Assembly: GCA_963720755.1 (NCBI GenBank)
Contig: CAVRGP010000006.1
Coordinates: 1-64,000 of the forward strand
Direction of reading: 5' to 3'
Source: an uncultured Chloroflexia bacterium
GTDB taxonomy: Bacteria > Chloroflexota > Limnocylindria > Limnocylindrales > CSP1-4
DNA: 64,000 nucleotides
A program made the translations under genes and the position numbers. Positions 62,891 to 64,000 of the stretch are shown here, one piece after another (position 1 is the first letter of the stretch; every line of letters begins with the position of its first letter). The notes under the pieces are model-generated. The model saw only the letters and a program-made list of their open reading frames with translations. It was not told where the DNA came from and ran no database searches.

Positions 62891-64000
62891 GGGGCAGTGC
62901 TGGCCGCCGGAGCGAGGCTCGGGACGGCGAGACCCGGGGCGAGGATCTGCAACTGTCGCAGGGCCTCCGCGACCAGCGCCATCTCATCCCCGTAGGTCGA
63001 GAAGTCGCCGGCCCGCAGGGCGGCCTGCGCCGCCTCGAAGTGGGTGTTCGCGTAGGCGATCAGACCCTGGATGTCAGCCGGCAGGCCAGGGTTCGCGGTC
63101 GGCGTCGGACTCGGACTCGTGCCCGGTCCGGGCGTTGCCGTCGGGCCCGGGCTCGGTGATGGTCCCGGCGATGGCCCGGTCGGCCCGTTGCCTTCTGCCA
63201 CGAGGAGTTGCTGCAGGGCCACCGCCAGTGAATCGGCCCAGACGACTTGACGTGGCGATGCCACGACGATCTTCTTGAACTCGGGGAAGGCCGATCCGGT
63301 CGACTGGAGATAGACGGGCTGCAGGTAGATGAGCGAATCGTCGAGCGCGACGACGATCAGGTTGCCCCGGATCACCTTGCTGCCCGACTGGTTCCACAGC
63401 GAGATCTGGGCGCTGATCGCGGGATCCTGGTCGATCCGCGCCTCGATCTGGGCCGGTCCGAAGATCGTCGTGTCAGCCGGGAACCGATAGACCTCGGTCT
63501 GGCCGTAGTTGGGCGCGTCCATCCGGGCCGCCACCCAGGCGATCATGTTCGGTCGATCGATCGGGACCATCGGTTGCAGGAGGAGGAACTCGACACCGTT
63601 CTGGTTCGGGAGTCGCATCTCCACGTAGTAGGCCTCGGACGGGAGGGTCTGCTCGCTGGTCTGGTCGGGCACGGTCCACAGGTCGTCCTTCTGGATGAAC
63701 TGCTGGGTGTCGGTCACGTGGTACCGCCCGAACATCCGGGTCTGCACGTTGAACAGTTCCTCAGGGACGCGCAGGTGCGCACGGAGGTCCGACGGCATCG
63801 CATCGAGTGACTCGAACAGGTCCGGGAAGACACCCTGGTACGCCCGGATGATCGGATCGGCGGGGTCCGAGACGTAGAAGTGCATCGTCCCGTCGTAGGC
63901 GTCCATCGTGATCTTGACGCTGTTCCGGATGTAGTCGAACGGTTGGTTCCCGAGGCCCGTGGGCGCGAAGGTGGACGGGTCGAACGCCTGGGCGTTCGGG
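62887..64000 (-). CDS. UPF0182 family membrane protein (C-terminal part; runs off the window)
   Basis: YIRNSVKITMDAYDG, HLRVPEELF, YHVTD, GPAQIEARIDQD, VIRGNL, YLQPVYLQS. Confidence 0.92.
   Translation of the reverse strand, partial: PNAQAFDPSTFAPTGLGNQPFDYIRNSVKITMDAYDGTMHFYVSDPADPIIRAYQGVFPDLFESLDAMPSDLRAHLRVPEELFNVQTRMFGRYHVTDTQQFIQKDDLWTVPDQTSEQTLPSEAYYVEMRLPNQNGVEFLLLQPMVPIDRPNMIAWVAARMDAPNYGQTEVYRFPADTTIFGPAQIEARIDQDPAISAQISLWNQSGSKVIRGNLIVVALDDSLIYLQPVYLQSTGSAFPEFKKIVVASPRQVVWADSLAVALQQLLVAEGNGPTGPSPGPSPSPGPTATPGPGTSPSPTPTANPGLPADIQGLIAYANTHFEAAQAALRAGDFSTYGDEMALVAEALRQLQILAPGLAVPSLAPAASTAP

Overview
High-GC (roughly 70% by eye) bacterial chromosomal window. The gene content (UPF0182, DUF3048, LCP, LLM oxidoreductase, type III glutamine synthetase, radC-mreB-mreC) suggests a monoderm, possibly Chloroflexota or Actinomycetota; this is inference only. 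Positions 1-17.5 kb are accessory DNA stacked at the 3' end of tRNA-Pro(CGG). A ~10.9-kb element (6636-17532) is bounded by a 17-bp direct repeat of the tRNA 3' end. It carries a large serine recombinase, a replication-relaxation-type protein, a membrane-anchored partner protein, a signal-peptide-bearing Cys-rich RHS protein and a putative immunity gene. To its left lies the remnant of an older related element (recombinase C-terminal fragment, Doc TA pair, ECF sigma/anti-sigma, lipoproteins, phosphoesterase). Most notably, both recombinase reading frames run in frame through the att core (GRGER), so integration versus excision would swap the integrase C-terminal tail. Positions 17.6-64 kb are mostly housekeeping and envelope genes: GS III, resB, GGDEF, a second tRNA-Pro(UGG), mazG-rph-rdgB, a teichoic-acid-like tarI/SDR/tarF-like cluster, rmlABDC, mreBC and radC. 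A 54-bp direct repeat flanks a structured 344-bp insert between the LCP gene and rdgB. Several genes, mostly in the island, have single-base frameshifts that may be assembly errors. No CRISPR array or rRNA was seen.
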